DNA from: Gammaproteobacteria bacterium
Lineage (GTDB): Bacteria; Pseudomonadota; Gammaproteobacteria; JAADJB01
Assembly (NCBI GenBank): GCA_013151035.1
Contig: JAADJB010000053.1
Span: 5,939-69,938, forward strand
DNA length: 64,000 bases
Reading direction: 5' to 3'
Below, one piece after another: positions 63,573-64,000 of this stretch. A program made the position numbers and the translations under genes. The notes beneath the pieces were generated by a model, which saw nothing but the letters and a program-made list of their open reading frames with translations, ran no database searches and was not told the DNA's origin. The first letter of the stretch is position 1, and every line of letters begins with the position of its first letter.

Positions 63573-64000
63573 ATGAATAAAAAACTCCGTAACATCGCCA
63601 TTATCGCTCACGTTGATCATGGCAAGACCACCCTCGTTGACAAACTACTGGCACAGACTGGCACCCTGGGTGACCGCTCTGATGCCCCGCAAAGGGTCAT
63701 GGATTCTAATGAACTGGAGCAGGAACGTGGTATTACCATTCTTGCCAAGAACACAGCCATTAACTGGAAAGACCACCTGATCAATATCGTGGACACCCCA
63801 GGACATGCTGATTTTGGTGGTGAGGTTGAACGTGTACTATCAATGGTCGACTCGGTACTACTACTGGTTGATGCCGTTGAAGGTCCCATGCCACAGACTC
63901 GTTTTGTTACCGAAAAAGCATTGGCTCAGGGGCTCAAGCCCATTGTTGTTATCAACAAGATTGATCGTCCAGGCGCACGCCCGGACTGGGTTCTAGATCA
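63573..64000 (+). CDS. typA: translational GTPase TypA/BipA, N-terminal fragment; runs off the window end
   Basis: [26 protein letters not shown]...[20 protein letters not shown]...[16 protein letters not shown]...[13 protein letters not shown]. No stop codon before the window end. Confidence 0.9.
   Translation, partial: MNKKLRNIAIIAHVDHGKTTLVDKLLAQTGTLGDRSDAPQRVMDSNELEQERGITILAKNTAINWKDHLINIVDTPGHADFGGEVERVLSMVDSVLLLVDAVEGPMPQTRFVTEKALAQGLKPIVVINKIDRPGARPDWVLD

Overview
This 64-kb window is a gammaproteobacterial chromosome at roughly 50% GC. Gene order closely follows Pseudomonas: guaA-guaB, xseA, the tRNA-Thr / PA4548-like oxidase / fimT-pilVWXY1Y2E minor-pilin operon, then ispH-fkpB-lspA-ileS-ribF-murJ and rpsT, a complete Pho block, proB-obg-rpmA-rplU and a divergent ispB. 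The proteins themselves are only distantly related to their Pseudomonas counterparts. The Pho block is phoU-pstBACS-phoRB with an OprO/P-like porin and a SulP transporter; the pstS promoter carries four tandem Pho boxes. Further right lie a TonB-dependent receptor with a TonB-like protein, RegB/RegA, adk, an RluA-family synthase, a metzincin with PKD and dockerin-like repeats, a cNMP-binding/rhodanese protein, amt, an Rsd homolog, an Rrf2 regulator, ycgN and the start of typA. The strongest candidate for something new is a 6.7-kb islet (42.4-49.2 kb) directly after ispB. It is bounded by an imperfect ~95-bp direct repeat (about 86% identity) of the ispB 3-prime end, and the right copy still encodes a recognisable relic of the IspB C-terminus. 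The islet is visibly AT-richer in its centre. It carries three translationally coupled genes for exported proteins of unknown function: a beta-barrel-like protein, a 1263-aa surface protein (GEVED domain, Myxococcus-type Cys-rich repeat, a long Lys-rich region, two HYR-like repeats), and a small secreted protein. Other notable structure: a five-member family of GGGGACAGAC...GTCTGTCCCC palindromic hairpin elements, two near-identical copies of which bracket rpsT; a second two-copy intergenic palindromic element (after lspA and after adk); and a 27-bp direct repeat that precisely flanks the minor-pilin operon. The Rrf2 regulator has no cysteines and sits behind a near-consensus IscR type-1-like palindromic operator. 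No CRISPR array, rRNA gene or recognisable IS element was seen.
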